From Octopus vulgaris (Eukaryota): DNA of 64,000 nucleotides. Position numbers and translations under genes: made by a program. Below the pieces are notes generated by a model. It was given only the letters and a program-made list of their open reading frames with translations. It was not told where the DNA came from and searched no databases. Shown piece by piece: positions 44,140 through 56,439 of this stretch. The stretch is taken from positions 86,242,001 to 86,306,000 of the forward strand of contig OX597823.1 in NCBI GenBank assembly GCA_951406725.2. Reading direction: 5' to 3'. Within the stretch, counting starts at the first letter, position 1. Each line of letters begins with the position of its first letter.

Positions 44140-44594
44140 CAACCGCAAATGGATGAAATACATAAGAAACTCCGACAACAACAGCCAGCATTGGTCAATA
44201 GAAAAGGACCTATTCTTCTCCAAGGCAACGCTCGACCGCACGTCCCATAGCTGATCCTGCAGAAGTTGAACGAATTGGGCTACGAAACTCCGCCTCATCC
44301 GCCATACTCACTAGACCTCTCACCTACCGACTACCACTTTTTCAAGCATCTCGAAAACTTCCTGCGTGAGTAAGGCTTCATAAACCAAAACGATGCCAAA
44401 CACACGTTCAAAGACTTCATCACCACCAGAACGCAGAGTTTTTAGGCTATTGGCATTAATAAACTTGTTTCGTGTTGGCAAAATTGTGTTGATTCTGACA
44501 CTGTTTATTTCGTTTAATAAAGTTTTGTTTGAGCGGAGATATGTGCATCTGAATTTAAAGGTTTAAAACCACAAGAACTATTTTGATAACCTAA
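44140..44594 (+). mobile_element. Mariner transposon 3' remnant (DD34D transposase C-terminus plus right TIR), Hsmar1/cecropia-like
   Basis: Translates QPALVNRKGPILLQGNARPHV..LQKLNELGYETPPHPPYSLDLSPTDYHFFKHLENFL..GINKLVSCWQNCVDSDTVYF* with in-frame stops; TIR-like AACCACAAGAACTATTTTGATAACCTAA ending 44594. Confidence 0.9.
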
Positions 44595-44606
44595 TGTGTA
44601 TGTATG

Positions 44607-44689
<83 letters not shown>

Positions 44690-44693
<4 letters not shown>

Positions 44694-44872
44694 AGAATTC
44701 ACGAAAAAAAAAGACAAAGACAGGTGGTGTAGAAAACAAACAGATGTATTAGTACAACGCTCGTGAATTGAAAAGTCTTTAACGTTTCGAGCCTACGCTC
44801 TTCCACAGAAAGGAACACAGAAAGAAACAAGGAGAGAAAAAATGTGTGTAGTGGCTACCGATCTATCACGGC

Positions 44873-44875
<3 letters not shown>
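44690..44875 (-). repeat. Short Penelope-like repeat inserted in (TA)n, with non-canonical hammerhead core
   Basis: Minus strand CTTT-CTGTGGA-AGAGCgtagGCTC-GAAA-CG-TT-AAAG; long (TA)n on both sides. Confidence 0.6.
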
Positions 44876-44949
<74 letters not shown>

Positions 44950-44956
44950 TATATAC

Positions 44957-45024
<68 letters not shown>

Positions 45025-45547
45025 ATATTAGCTACATAAAGTCATTAGCTACATAAAGTCATTACGAAAACGAATCACATTAATTTTGTGATTTGTTTGG
45101 ATTTCATAGACTCTTCAGTATCAATATCGATGTTAGCGTCCTGCAATAGCCCTAGTAAGATGGACAGATGGACCGTTTCACATATGTTAATCCTACATCC
45201 CGTTTTAAATCCTCAAATTTTTCGGATACTATGCAAGTGACCAAAGAGATTTCGGCAGGATTGGAACTCAGGCCACTGAGAGCCGGAACAAATACTGGAA
45301 AATATTCTGGCCGATGCTCTAACTCCTCTGCCAATTCGCCACCATCTTTGTGATGCGATACGAATGCGTGACAAATACCGAAGTGATGAAAGTGAAATAG
45401 GTTTTCGGGTGAGGTCAGGACGCAGTATAGACTTGCAAATCTTTATGAATCCTCAGGACTATATAATAGAAGATAAAAAGAAAAAATGTGGAAACATGTG
45501 TCGGTTTCAGTAAGACACCTTGGAACAGTTATTAAAATAATGAATTC

Positions 45548-45745
45548 AAATTTTGAAACAAGTCCATCAACCTCGGGTTGGTTTCTGTCGATTACATCGA
45601 CCCCAATGCTCAACTGGTATTTATTTTATCGACCCTGAAAGGCCGAAAGGCAACGCCAACCTTGGCGGAACTTGAACTTAGAAGATACTGACAAACGAAA
45701 TGCTCGCTAAGCATTTTGCCCTTCGTGCTAACTATTCTGCCAGCT
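45548..45745 (-). mobile_element. SINE family A
   Basis: GTCGATTACATCGACCCC..ATCGACCCTGAAAGG..GCTAAGCATTTTGCC. Confidence 0.8.
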
Positions 45746-46879
45746 GCCTGCAAATTTCATGTTCCGTCTTTCATTCTTGTTATTATAGGCTTCTTTTGAA
45801 ACACCGTTCTGTAATATACACGCCACTCAGCCAAACAGCCTGTGGCCATGGTAACTGGGAACACCGACATAATAATAATAACAAACGGTTGACTTAATAC
45901 ATTCATGTTCTGTGCACGTACATTTTGATGCTAATATCGATGCACTTGATGCTCTGGTGTTTTCCTTAGAATAAATGCATTCTTGAAGATGCTAGGTTAA
46001 TGTGAACGCGTTAGCATCTTAATAGTCTTTGTTTTGTTTTTTGTATGTATACACGAAATCGTACACGTAAAACATGAAATTCTACAAATAATAATAATAA
46101 TAATAATAAGGATAATAATAATAATAATAATAATAATGATGATGAGGAGGAGGAGGAGGAGGAGGATGGTGGTGGGGTGGTGATGATGATGATGAGGATG
46201 ATGGTGGGGGGTGATGATGATGTTTATGATTATAATAATAATAAAAAGGATGAAGAAGAAGAAGAAGAAGAAGAAGAAGAAGAAGAAGAAGAAGAAGAAG
46301 AAGAAGAAGAAGCAGGCGATGATGATGGTGATGATGTGGAGGAGGAAGAAGGGGGGAAATATGGTATAAATATAATTATATTGACCAGAAGGTGAGGGAT
46401 AATGAAGACTAATTTACTCTATGTCGAAAGAAGGATGAGATTAGAAGATATGGTATTAAATATTAATATGGAGAGGCGGCTATAGAAATGTGAAAGGAAA
46501 AAAGAAACGAAATTAGAAAGAAAGGAGAATAGAAATGGAATAATGCATGTCTGTTAATGGATTGCAAAAATTGAAAGAAAATTCCGCTAAAAATGGAAGT
46601 CACGGTAATAAATAGATATAACAGAATGAAAGAAAATAATGAGAAAATATTTGCAATATATTCAAATGAAATCGAGTTTAGTGGAGTGGAAACGTTTGTA
46701 ATATGATGTAGACAAAAGAATATGTCGTTTTGTCTCTGAAGACTAAAAAAAGCAAACGGAAATTGTTTTGAAGAAAATATTCAGCTTTGTGAGAAATATA
46801 ACAATATTTGAGTATTAAAGATGCTTAGATTCCGGAATCTGGGAAGGGGAAATATATAATATATATAACTCAAGTGGGC

Positions 46880-47215
46880 CTCCATATAGGATCGAAGATT
46901 TACCCTTAAAGGAAAGCAAGTATGTTTGCCTTGGGTTATGTTATGCAGCATACGAGAGTCAACGACAGCATCAGATCCATCAAGGAGAACAAATATAGCT
47001 GGGCTCGCAACACAGCATGACTTAAGGACAACAGGTAGACAATCAGGGTGACAGAATGGATACCAAGACAATGGGAAAGATCCAGAGACTGATCAGACAA
47101 GATGGTAAGATTTTCTCACCAGCTATCTAGGGCCTACATGGCCACGACTGGCCAGTGACATACAACGCTGGAAGAAGTCTGAAGGCAGGTACTTCTTTTT
47201 GAAGTGATGAAGCCT
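46880..47215 (+). pseudogene. Decayed RTE-clade LINE 3' end
   Basis: KYSWARNTA*LKDNR*TIRVTEWIPRQWERSR resembles the KW.WAGH.AR..DNRW...VTEW.PR..KR..GRP C-terminal motif. Confidence 0.7.
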
Positions 47216-47741
47216 TGGTAAAGAAGTAAAGGAAAGTCATGCATATGATTTCAAAAAAGGCTGAAATGGTGCCATGCATGATTATCAATGAACAAAATAT
47301 ATTTAAGACCTTTGTAAGGAGTGGTAAAATATTGAATATCTTATATTTTATGCATTTTCTTCATTACTCTTAAATTTAAATTCAAACTTATCTCGCCATG
47401 ATCTAGGATTTATTTAGATGTGATTATCTCCTTTTGCAATAACTACCGCCAGGAATCCATGTGTTAGAACAACTCTTGCTGTGGATTATAATTTGTAGTC
47501 ACACAAACTGATGACGATAACCAACGTGTTGTGCATCCACAGAAATTGTTCCTACAAACATAATGAAGATAAGCAACTTGGGAACAGCAGCTAAAATACA
47601 TTATCAACACTTAGGAGGATGACACCAAAAGTGACAATTGAAAACTTTTTGTAGTCGAGACTGTTATAGTAATGAACTTTTCGCAGGATAGAAAATCCCT
47701 AGAAATAACTAATCTAATGCAGAAATTCCTGCAAATAATAT

Positions 47742-48805
47742 TGATTTCAAATTCGGACAAAGGACCAGCAATTTGGGGCAAGAGAGTAAGTCGATTACAT
47801 CCACTCGTCCTAATTTTATCAACCCCGAAAGGATAAAAGGTAAAGTTGAAATCGACGGAATTTAAACTCGTCACGTAAGTTCGGTCAAAATACTGCTAAG
47901 CATTTTGTCCGGCGTACTAATGACTCTACCAGCTCAACCTTTTAATTCTTTTTATAATATTGGTTTCCAATAAGGGCGGTGAGCTGGCAGAAATGTTGGC
48001 ACGACGAGCGAAATGTTTAGCAGTATTTCGTCTGTCTTTACATTCTCAGTTCAAATTCCGCCGAGGTCGACTTTGCCCTTTATCCTTTCGGGGTCGATAA
48101 ATTAAGTACCGGTTGCGTACTTGGGTCGATCTAATCGACTGGCCCCTCCCCAAAAGTTTCGGGCCTTCTGCTGAGAGTAGAAAAGAATATTATTTTCCAA
48201 TTTTGAAGCAAAGCTAGCAATTTCGGTGTAGGGAGTAAGTCGATTGCATCGATCCTATGGCTCAGTCGGCACTCAGTTTACCGACCTTTGAAGAAGGAAA
48301 GACAAAGTCGACCTCAGTGGAATTTTGAACTAAGAACGTTTAGACGGACGAAATACCTATTTCTTTACTACCCACAAAGGGGCAAAACACAGAGATGAAA
48401 AACAAGGACAGACAAACGGATTAAGTCGATTACATTGACCCCTGTTCGTAACTGGTACTTATTTAATCGACCCCGAAAGCATGAAAGACAAAGTCGACCT
48501 CGGAGGAATTTGAACTCAGAACGTAACGGCAGACGAAATACCGGTAAGTATTTCGTCCGGCGTGTTAACGTTTCTGCCAACTTGCTGTATTTATCCCTAC
48601 AATAATATTATTTTCAAACTTTGGCACAAGGCCAGGAAGTTCGAAAGAAGGTGACTAGTCGATTACATCGACCCTAGTGATCTTATTTTTTATCGATTTG
48701 TTTTTTATCGATCCCGATAGAATTTGAAATCAGAACGTAAAGATCAACGAAATGCCGTTGGGCGTTTTGCCCCTCGTGCTAACGATTCTGCCAGGCCAAT
48801 GCCTT
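47742..48805. mobile_element. SINE A cluster in alternating orientation (-, +, - dimer, -)
   Basis: Copies at 47742-47940, 47974-48190, 48200-48590, 48612-48805. Confidence 0.85.
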
Positions 48806-49397
48806 GATTCCTGTTATAATGGTGAAATCTATTCAACCGAAGACGACTTCTAGTTTTCAGAGGCTAAAATTTTGTTGAATGCATTTTTAAGACTAGATCC
48901 TTCCTTGGGTTCAAAATGTTGAAAGAATACGACATGATGAATTATTAATTAAATTTGATATCTTCAGTCGGTTGTTTAACAGAAGGACTGATATAGCGTT
49001 AAAATTTCGTTACCAAAGTAATTATCCTGATATATTTTGCTGAGCAATACACACACTCCAATATACAAACATAGACGCATTACACTTACATTTATATACA
49101 GACCCATATGTACATACATATTTATATGCATATATATATAGAGAGAGAGAGAGGGGGGGAAGATAGATAGATAGATAGATAGACACACACACACAAGCAC
49201 ACACTTGTTACATTTACTGCCATGACAGAGTTGACAAATGACCGGGACTTATTTTTGTAAGCCCAGTACTTATTTATCGGATTTTACGTAAGTGACGGAC
49301 TAAACACCAATCGTTGTCAACATCAGGAAACACACACAAACACACATACATATATATATATATATAATATACGAAGGTTTAGTTCCCTAAATCACAC

Positions 49398-49447
<50 letters not shown>

Positions 49448-49485
49448 TAGAGAGAAGAGAGAGGGAAGGAGGGAGAGAGATAATG

Positions 49486-49543
<58 letters not shown>

Positions 49544-50039
49544 TAGACAGACAGACAGACAGACATACATACAGACAGACATACAGAAAGATAGATGAAA
49601 GTTTTCGCTTCTATAACGTAACCCCGTCTCCACCTCTTCGAACCACTAGCTTTATTGATGCTCATGTAGACCATGTATTTATAATATAGATGTATGAGTC
49701 TGTTTGTGTACTAGTCTTCCTGAACTCATACACAATTGTGTGGATTCTTGAGCGTACATTATATCTGTACGAATGTATAATCGTAACGTCAAATCCTTGC
49801 GTAAAGAAGACACGGGAGATAACAGTGAATAGATTTTCATATGCATGTGTCTAAGCGAGCATAGGTTTCTGCATCAAATTATTCTTGTATATATTGATAC
49901 ACGCATATGTACATCCGCCATCGTTAATGCATGACTGTGCATGTGTATGAATATGGATTTCTAGTTATGAGCTTAATTATATTTATATATAATACATACG
50001 TGCATGCACGTGTAGTTAGTTAAATTTATGTATGTATGT

Positions 50040-51645
50040 CTCGTCTACTTTTTAATTATTATACATCTTCCACTGAGACGGGAGCCGGTTTTCAACAAAG
50101 ATACAACACTCAATCTTTGGGATGTAGTTAACACAGACAAATTCACATTTGGAACTTGAGAAAGTCTTGCATATCTTTACTGTTCCTCTCACAGATTTCT
50201 CTTGTAATGTACGAATTAATGGTCGATTACTCTTTCTCAAAGTCCCAGTTTATTCAGATTCTCCTTTAAGCATTTACTAACAATACCCAGTACTCCAATT
50301 ATTATTGGTATGAATATGAATTCATAGTCCAGATATAGAAGCTAAAGGTTTCGAGGCAATTGTGCCTGGATATCCTCTTTTTCTTTGATTTTCAGAGAGA
50401 TACTTATATCTGAAGGGCAGCTGACCTCTATGATGGCGCATACCTTTGCCCTCCAGTCCCAAACAACAATATCCGGCCTGTTATAGCTACATTGAACAGA
50501 GGTTTTGATGGAAATATTCCACTAGTATTCCTTGAGTTGGTGTTTATGAATGTAGTCCATAACAGAGGGATTTTCTAAGTTGATTTCAGGACAGTCTTTT
50601 TGGAGGAGAGCATTGCAAATTATTTTAGCAACAATATCGTGCTGCAGAAGGAGGTAGTACCATGACTTCATTTTAGGACAGCTGCTAATCACATGCATAT
50701 CTTCCATAGAAACATGACATAGCCTACACATGCGGTTGCACCTTGGGATTACAAGAGCATCACCGTCTCTCTTGTTCACCAGGTACTTTGTGGCAATCTC
50801 TTGTTCCTGGATTGCAAATGCATAGCCTGCAAAGTGAGATGTGATGTAGCCTCCAAGAGAAACTCTGTTTTGTGTTAATTCCACTGTCTTCTTCAAGCTT
50901 TCGTGCAACATACCCACGTAGAGCCTTTTTCTTGTATGCTGAGTGCTTCCCTTCAAGGTCTTCTCTGAGGTAAGAGAGCCCAGCTATTTTAGAGCTGCAT
51001 AGGAGATCATCAGGAAGAGAGTGCTTCTTGAGGATTTCACTGCCAACTCGTGCAATGTTGCTCACTTCACCTTTCAGCACTGCATTTATATATTTATTTT
51101 TGCTGCTGTTGTTTAGCATGTGCTGCCTTTGTGATACCACACGGCATTCGAATGTCGTCTGCACTGATCTCAGGCCTCTATCACCTTCATTTCTTCTTAG
51201 GTGGATCCTGTCAGTATTACTGTTTCTGTGGAAGTTCCAAATTGTCAGGATTTTACTGGTTTTGATATCTATGGAGTGGATTTCATCTACAGACCAATCA
51301 AGTATCCTAAATGTTGTGATTAGCACTGGTACTGCAAATGCAATGTGGGATATTGTTTTGTTGTAAGAGGGGAGTTCCGACAGGCATATTTTCCTAAGTT
51401 TGGTGTAGTATTCTCGGGTCACTCTATCTTTATTCACAGTGCCTTCATATGATACATTTTCGTCTATGCTTAGGTAGTTGTAACATTCTTTGTGTGGAAT
51501 GGGGAATATAGAGAGACCATTGATGCACAGGTTTTGGGTTTGGAGGACTGAATTTCGTCATTTATAACCAAATTTCATGTCTATATCAACTGAAAATGTA
51601 TTAATTCCAGTTGTATATTTTGGCTTTGCTTACACTTTTAGCATA
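50040..51645 (-). mobile_element. 5'-truncated R4/Dong-like non-LTR retrotransposon (RT thumb, CCHC finger, restriction-like endonuclease), decayed
   Basis: YNYLS (YLG-like), NK..IAFAVPVLITTFRILDWS..IDIKT.K.L..H...DRIHLRRNEGDRGL, CRLC..HVISSC..HDIVA, NRPDIVVWD..IIEVSCP..K.KEK, LQEKSVRGTVKICKTF. Confidence 0.9.
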
Positions 51646-51646
51646 A

Positions 51647-51677
<31 letters not shown>

Positions 51678-51754
51678 TGTATGTATGTATGTATGTATGT
51701 ATGTATGTATGTGTGCGTGTGATGTGTGTGCGTGTACATATATACTATAAAAAA

Positions 51755-51965
51755 TGGCGGCGTGTTGGCAGAATCATTGGCGCGTCACACAAAATGCTTC
51801 GCGCTATTTCCTCCGTCATTACGTTTTGAGTACAAATTCTTCAAAGGTTAATTTTGCTTTCATCGTTTCGGGTTCAATAAAGTAGCCATTGAGCACTATG
51901 ATTGATGCACTCGGCTGGTATCCTCCCCACAAAATTTTGGGCCTTGTAATTATAGCAGAAAGTGT
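51755..51965 (+). mobile_element. Diverged SINE family A
   Basis: GGCGGCGTGTTGGCAGAATC head; GGGCCTTGT..TAGCAGAAA tail. Confidence 0.75.
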
Positions 51966-52009
51966 ATTCTACTATATGAGTGTTTCACTGTATTGTATTA
52001 ATATGTATG

Positions 52010-52380
52010 GCGAAGGCGCAATGGCCCAGTGGTTAGGACAGCGGACTCGCGTTCGTGGGATCGCGGTTTCGATTCCCAGACGGCGTTGTGAGTATTTATG
52101 GAGCGAAAACACCTAAAGCTCCACGAGGCTACAGCTGGGGGTGGTGGTGACCCCTGCTGTACTCTTTCACCACAACATTCTCTCACTCTTTCTTCCTACT
52201 TCTGTTGTACCTTTATTTCAAAGGGCCAGCCTTGTCACACACTGTGTCACGCTGAATCTCTCCGAAAACTACGTACATGTGTCTGTGGCATGCTCAGCCA
52301 CTTACACGTTAATTTCACGAGGAGACTCATCCGGTGATCGGATCAACTGGAACTCAGGTGGTCGTAACCGACGGATTGAC
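52010..52380 (+). mobile_element. SINE family C (tRNA-like head, Nin/Deu-like core)
   Basis: GGCGCAATGGCCCAGTGGTTAGGACAGCGGACTCGCG..GGTTTCGATTCCC; TGTCTGTGGCATGCTCAGCCACTTACACGTT. Confidence 0.85.
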
Positions 52381-52801
52381 ACGATTAATATATATGAATG
52401 TGCTTAGAACATGTACTGAAAGAGAATCTAATATATATATATGCGAATTTAAAATAATGATTTGGTGTATGTTCAAAACTGCGAATCTGTGAATCTGTAC
52501 ACGCACCACTACACACTTAAATACACACACTTGCGTATGTATGTATGTATCTATGTATAATAAGGTTTTCAGGGTCCAGTTTGACCAAGGGATATAAATA
52601 CAGCTGGAATCAAGATGAAAGCGTTAATATGCATTATATACTACCTGTGTGAAAAAAGAAACGAGGTGTAAAATTTTACACTTAACCTGAAGGAAACGGT
52701 TTTTGTTCTTTTAAATAATGTAATTGATTTCTTCATGAACAAAGAACACATCTGAAACAGCTGTAGTGCACCTCACTCCATCTGTGTTTCATATGTCTGT
52801 G

Positions 52802-52869
<68 letters not shown>

Positions 52870-53613
52870 CGTGTGTACCTGTTTTATTTTCAAGCACCAT
52901 TTCGTCGGCATTGTATCATATTACACGATACATTTATAGAATCAATAGAGCATTGCAAAAAATGATTTAATGCCCTTATGCTCCTTTGCCCATATGTCCT
53001 TATGCCCCTATGCCCTTATAGTCCTTCCACCAGGAAATCTGTGCTATATGTCGCTCGCTGTGCCCTCATAATTATTTGAATCTCCACCTTCGAAGAAACA
53101 TTCATTCAGACCGATCGATTAGTGATTGATTTATATAAACGTAATTTTGGAGTTTAGTTTCTCATTTTATTTCTTAATTGGGATATCATACCTGAGGGGT
53201 GTATTTGGCGACAACCCACAGCGTAATCGATCTTAAATCGATCTGAATCCGGTATCACGTGGTTTCGAAACAAACTTCTTACCACACATCCGAACCTGCG
53301 CTTATATACTTTTAGTATTGTTTTTCTTACACATTAGAAAGATCTGTAAATGTCAAAAAGGGAAAGTTATTTTGGATAATGGATTAAGTCTGATATAAAT
53401 TATAACTAAAATGAAGGACTGCTCAGAGTAAGAATGTCTTTTTCCATTAGTCTCCTCAACCTGACGCGAGCTGAACTGGCGTTTAACAGCAACAGCAACA
53501 AGCCCCTCCCAAAACAAGAAACATGTAAAGTTACTCAGTTTCTCAGTATATGGATCCTTACAGAGGTTCCTAGCCGTTGCAGTTTATTTTATATTTGGTG
53601 GGCATATTTTGAA

Positions 53614-53946
53614 GAGGAGAAAAATAACATTATTTGTACGCCATGTTTCAGTAAAAAAAAAAAGGATTTTGACAAGCAATATGTCCCTTAAAGCCCTTCC
53701 TCCGTTCTGTTTTAGATTTAACGCTTTAAATATGCACGTGTGGGTCGGATAGAAATGTTCATTTTGTAAACTTAATGCTCAGGAGAAGAAAAGTAATATT
53801 ATTTGTACGCCATATTTGTGTGAAAGAAAGATTTAGGCAAACAATTTGTCCTTTAAAGCCGTTCCTTCGTTCTGTTTTAGATTCAACGCTTTAAAGATAC
53901 ACGGGTGGGTCGGATAAAAAATTCATTTTATAAACTTAATGCTCAG
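53614..53946. repeat. Two-unit tandem repeat, ~165-bp unit
   Basis: ATTATTTGTACGCCA, CGTTCTGTTTTAGATT.AACGCTTTAAA, GTGGGTCGGATA and TAAACTTAATGCTCAG each occur twice, 164-169 bp apart. Confidence 0.9.
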
Positions 53947-55403
53947 CTGCAGTACATAGAATTCTTGAGGAGTTTTATTCGTCAATTTCTTTCGAATTTT
54001 TTGTTTGTTTGTTGTATATATGATCTTAAATATCAGTTAAAGGAAAATTAAATTTAACTTTCATAAGATCAAAGAATATTGACAGAATGACTATTATTTA
54101 AAAAAAGCCTATTGTACAAATAGAAAAGAAAAGAGTTTGTATAAAATACAACTAGTGTTGAATGGGGGTTAAAAAATAAACAAGAGAAACTCGTGTAGGA
54201 GCTTCTGGCTGCGTGTGTATGAGAGTTAGTTTTGGTGACAGCAAGATGTTTGAACAGGACTTTTGTATTGTTGCATACAATCTGCAACTATGCTTTGGAC
54301 AATTGATAGTTATTAGTGCGTAACAAGGAGATAATGAATCGGAAAAAAACAGCTGCAACACTAAGTTCAACAGCGTCGAAAACACAAAGGAACAACAGCA
54401 GCTTTTGGGTCACTTACACAGTTTCTTTGTGTTTGTCAATCCTTTTATTTTTGTCTTTTCTATAAAGAACAGGTCACCTGCTTCTCCTCTTTGCTATTAA
54501 ACGTTACTTTCTAGAATGGCATAGAATCGGTTACCATAGAAATCTAAATTGTATCTGCTTTAAGCTGAAGTAAAATATAAATTAAATTACGGTTTCTCAT
54601 GCAGTTACGATAAAACTAAAATTTCAGAGAGTAAAGAGATTTTTTGGTAAAGATTCCGATTCTTCAGCAAAAAAGAATGGAATTCGTTAATGTTTATCTT
54701 GAAATGAATAGTTCTACCCCACCCAAATTCTTTAACATATAACGCACCAATGATATTAAGCTTTGGCTTCCTGCTATTTTTCGTCTGGGAAAGGTTGGGC
54801 CTTGTTGATTGAATTGACTCTAAATATATTAGTACCGTTATTTATTTTATCGATCCCTTGGAGGAAAAAGTGCAAACTCAAAACCGGTGATGATTGAACT
54901 TAAAACCTTAAGCGTAAGAAAATACCGGACATATTTAATCCGCTATTGTTCTGATCTGCTCTATTACTAATCACGGTATGCTCTCAATATAAAAACGGTT
55001 TCCCGCAAAGAAACGTAACATACAGTTTGAGGCGAAGAATACGGAATAAGTAAACGAACCGAAACCGCGAATGTCATGTACATTACTTATCACAAATATT
55101 AAAATCTATTTCTCGAAAGCCTTGTATTGAATTTGGTATTTGGATCTAGAATTCTGAAAGCGAAAACTTAAATAGTTTATGTAATGTTCTGAAATTTTAA
55201 CAAGTTAATAACCCTAATTAAGTTTATACTGATAATTATTATTTTTATAAAAATATATTTTGGCGAATGTGGTGCATCGTATATCTAGTATAGTTCTATA
55301 TCTAATATCCGTCAAATGTAAATAATGTAAATAATGTAAATAATGTATCGAATATATAGCTGAGAAATAATGTTCCTGAAAAATTAAAATCGGAGACGAC
55401 AAA

Positions 55404-55830
55404 GGATCTTTTCGGTTTGAACGACAGTTTTTTCTAGCGGTGTCATATGAAATTATCACCCATAGTTATGACCCTAGAATCGATCTATTGTATTTCAATC
55501 TCTTTTAGAGTTAGGGTTAGTTAGGGTTAGTGGTGGGGGAAGGGTATCTTTTTTTTCTTCACAAATGTAGATAAACCCAATCTGTTTCTTAAATGAGAGA
55601 CATATTCATACGGCACAGAATATCTTTTTTACCTCAATAGACGTCACTGATTGGTTGAAATTGCAGAAACTGAAGAAAAAAAAACAACTATCTTACAAAC
55701 TATAGAATTTTCTCAATAAAAGCAGGAGAAAAATATGTTTTATAAACACATTCTACCAGTATACGAAGTTTAAAATTTTTTAATTACCTAGAAATTATGT
55801 TAAAAACGGCCGTTCAAACCGAAAAGATCC
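55404..55830. mobile_element. 427-bp MITE with GG-terminal TIRs and 8-bp TSD (Merlin-like)
   Basis: TIRs GGATCTTTTCGGTTTGAACG / CGTTCAAACCGAAAAGATCC (20-bp perfect); TSD ACGACAAA at 55396-55403 and 55831-55838; internal TTAGGG-like repeats. Confidence 0.9.
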
Positions 55831-56439
55831 ACGACAAAGATAAGACATGAACTTAAAATGTAAAAGGGAACAATTGAATTACTCACGACTATCAACCACA
55901 AAATGACCTTAGCCATAAAGTGCCTTCCACACATCTATAGACGTTGTTTATATTTTGATTTATATCTAAAGTAACTGAGCACGTGGGCAAAACAAGCAGA
56001 ACAGCAACAACTGTATCAGCAGCAGAAACAGTAGCAACAGTAGCAGTGGAGGCGCAATAGCCCAGTGGGTAGAGCAGCGGACTCGCAGTCGTAAGAACGC
56101 GGTTTCGATTCCCAGGCCGGGCATTGTGAGTGTTTATTCAGCAAAAACATCTAAGCTCCATGATGTTTCTAGCATCAGCTCTGCTCATATGAAGCTACCT
56201 TATGATGATCAAAATCGTTTCAGTGGTCACCATTCTATACTCATGCAGCTCTTGGATAGCGTTGTCTGTTTTTAAGGTAGTTGGTTATTATTTCACTGCT
56301 ACACCTAGCCGCTTAAGTGTCCACATAGGGCTTCATTTATCGACTCACCGCGGCCCAGTATTGGCAGATTTGCTGTTCTTGCGACGATACTTGTTCCTTG
56401 CAATATTCATTATTACCGTGATTTTAATCTATTCAAATA

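Noticed and set aside
52010-52085. tRNA-like sequences at SINE heads (also 28322, 37065, 56048)
   Set aside because: They have A/B boxes but no complete cloverleaf and continue into SINE bodies
54418-54564. Possible minus-strand 147-nt exon with good-looking splice sites
   Set aside because: Stops in all three frames; a non-coding or terminal exon cannot be supported from sequence alone
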